Positions 60,714 through 64,000 of a DNA stretch of 64,000 nt are shown here, piece by piece. The stretch's first letter is position 1, and each line of letters starts with the position of its first letter. The notes beneath the pieces are model-generated. The model saw only the letters and a list, made by a program, of their open reading frames with translations. It was not told the origin of the DNA and made no database searches. The stretch lies in assembly GCF_009914755.1 (NCBI RefSeq), contig NC_060948.1. The stretch is one strand, 5' to 3'. The translations under genes and the position numbers were made by a program. This stretch comes from the human T2T-CHM13v2.0 reference genome, Homo sapiens.

Positions 60714-62818
60714 AGATCCATAATTTTTAAATGAAAAAAAATTTCAAAGGTACTCTGCTTGGTACAATAATCAAATGTATAAACTGAGGAATAAAACATA
60801 ACCATGAAACCTACTTATAACTGCATATGGAAAATACAGAGGATAATTTTTTAAATAACATATTTTGAAAGCCTTAACTAGTAATTTGAAGAGTTGGCAT
60901 TTGAAAGGCCAGTATGAATATACCTTCAAAGCAGCAACACAGGTTCCCCATGAGAAAAAGCAAACAAAGGGAAAATAAAAACACAAAGGTTCAATCTCTT
61001 CTGACCTTTGAAAGACACAGCACAGACAGTGGTCCTTAGGACGAAGAGCAGGAGACCCCTAATTCCGTCACCATGGCGATAGGGCATAAACATTGCTGGG
61101 TGAGGGCACAATCCACATTGTGAGGTCCAACTGCTGCCAGGAAGACAGGAGTGCTTTTACATAGACCGAAAGGTCATTGAAGGCTCAGAGTTTTGTTTCA
61201 AGAACTGAATCCCAAGCCCACACGTTATTAGGCTGCGCTTCTTAAAACAAGTTATGAGATGGGAAAAAGGGCACCCACAAACATACGTATACATTATGTA
61301 TATAATAATATACAGTATCATATATATAGTATATATAACCTATGTATAATATTGTTTTACATCCTGCATCCTATGTTATATATATTGTATAAAATATAAT
61401 AATTGATAATATATAAGCTGTATAATTATACAATATGACATATAGTATATATTATAAATTATGACATATATAATATATGTTATATATCATATATAGAATA
61501 TATTATACGGTTAATATACGTATTAAATATAAATTATACATTATATATATTATATATAATATATCTGTTATATATAATACCCATTATGCATAATATATAT
61601 ATTATGTCTATGTTATTTATAGTATAAAACAACATATAATAATATATAATTGTATATATAAAATGCGACATATAATATATATTATATTTTATAACATATG
61701 TAATATATATTATATATTATATATAATACGTTGTATGTATAATACCTATATTAAATATATATTATATGACTATGTTATTAATTACATGTCACATGTGTTA
61801 TATATTATATATTTTACATAGAATATACCGGTTACATACAATATATACTATGTTACCTATAATGTATAATTTATTACATGTAAAATAAAGAATGCAATAT
61901 ATTATGTAAAATTTATAATATACAATATGTGGAATGTGATATATATAACATATAATATATGATATATGATATACAGTATATGATATATAACATACAATAT
62001 ATGATTCCTAATATATATGGTATACAATATATATTTTATGATATGTATTCTATATGTTTTATATTCTGTTATATATAACTATTTGAAATTATATATAACT
62101 GTATAATATTTTATGTAAATATGAAATATAATATATATAACTATATAATATATTATATATAACTATATATTATGTTATATATACTTTTATAACATAATTT
62201 ACATAAAATATCATAATATAATATATATTATATTATTTCATATTACATAATATATGTTACATATCACCCAATATAACTAACATACATAATATTATAATAT
62301 AGATTATATTATGTTATATTAAATATCATATATATCATGTATCATATATTCTATAATATATATTACACATTATATAATATGTATGTTGTCTATTATGTGA
62401 TATATATAACTATATATATAATTATATTTTTATACATATAACTAGATAAACATGTAATTCTACATATTTTCATTTATAATATGTAGAATTATATAATCAT
62501 ATATAATTATTTATATTCTATAAAAAATTTTATCATTATATAAATTATAATATATAAAAATTATAATATGTACTACAAATATATATATTATATATCATAT
62601 ATGATATAGTACCTTTGTTATATATCATAATACATATAAATGTGTATTATGTTATCTATAATTATATAATTTCATATATAAGATGTATAATATGTATCAT
62701 ATATTATAGATGTTATGTAATATATATAGTATATATAAGATGACACAGGATAAATATTATATACTATGACATATAAAATATATGAGGTTATATGTTACAT
62801 ATAAGGCATAGCACATAA

Positions 62819-63133
<315 letters not shown>

Positions 63134-64000
63134 AGATCCATATTTTTTAAATGAAAAAAAATTTCAAAGGTACTCTGCTTGGTACAATAATCAAATGTAT
63201 AAACTGAGGAATAAAACATAACCATGAAACCTACTTATAACTGCATATGGAAAATACAGAGGATAATTTTTTAAATAACATATTTTGAAAGCCTTAACTA
63301 GTAATTTGAAGAGTTGGCATTTGAAAGGCCAGTATGAATATACCTTCAAAGCAGCAACACAGGTTCCCCATGAGAAAAAGCAAACACAGGGAAAATAAAA
63401 ACACAAAGGTTCAATCTCTTCTGACCTTTGAAAGACACAGCACAGACAGTGGTCCTTAGGACGAAGAGCAGGAGACCCCTAATTCCGTCACCATGGCGAT
63501 AGGGCATAAACATTGCTGGGTGAGGGCACAATCCACATTGTGAGGTCCAACTGCTGCCAGGAAGACAGGAGTGCTTTTACATAGACCGAAAGGTCATTGA
63601 AGGCTCAGAGTTTTGTTTCAAGAACTGAATCCCAAGCCCACACGTTATTAGGCTGCGCTTCTTAAAACAAGTTATGAGATGGGAAAAAGGGCACCCACAA
63701 ACATACGTATACATTATGTATATAATAATATACAGTATCATATATATAATATATATAACCTATGTATAATATTGTTTTACATCCTGCATCTTATGTTATA
63801 TATATTGTATAAAATATAATAATTGATAATATATAAGTTTTATAATTATACAATATGACATAGAGTATATATTATAATTTATGACATATATAATATATGT
63901 TATATATCATATATAGAATATATTATACGGTTAATATACGTATTAAATATAAATTATACATTATATATATTATATATAATATATCTGTTATATATAATAC

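Overview
The whole 64-kb window is one uninterrupted head-to-tail tandem array of a ~2.42-kb composite unit: 26 complete units plus a partial 27th, all in the same orientation. Each unit has three parts: a diverged, 5'-truncated minus-strand Alu (~290 bp), a ~570-bp moderately GC-rich segment (HSATI-like), and a ~1.55-kb extremely AT-rich degenerate (TA)n-like tract. This architecture, the unit length and a predicted 2,146-bp HaeIII fragment match the known human DYZ2/HSat1B satellite, most likely from Yq12 heterochromatin. Related arrays on the acrocentric short arms cannot be formally excluded. No protein-coding or RNA gene is supported; the recurring ORFs are artefacts of the repeat. I did not find a novel biological system. 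The informative signal is in the variant patterns between units: a recent 7,260-bp three-unit duplication on top of an A/B dimer-like pattern, an out-of-phase single-unit duplication, a 9-unit haplotype block, non-adjacent related units, and details of the founding Alu insertion. All unit comparisons were made by eye. Unit starts (at GTTGCACAGG): U1 1, U2 2413, U3 4833, U4 7253, U5 9666, U6 12079, U7 14494, U8 16908, U9 19326, U10 21746, U11 24166, U12 26586, U13 29003, U14 31420, U15 33837, U16 36257, U17 38677, U18 41088, U19 43508, U20 45928, U21 48348, U22 50768, U23 53188, U24 55608, U25 58028, U26 60448, U27 62868.
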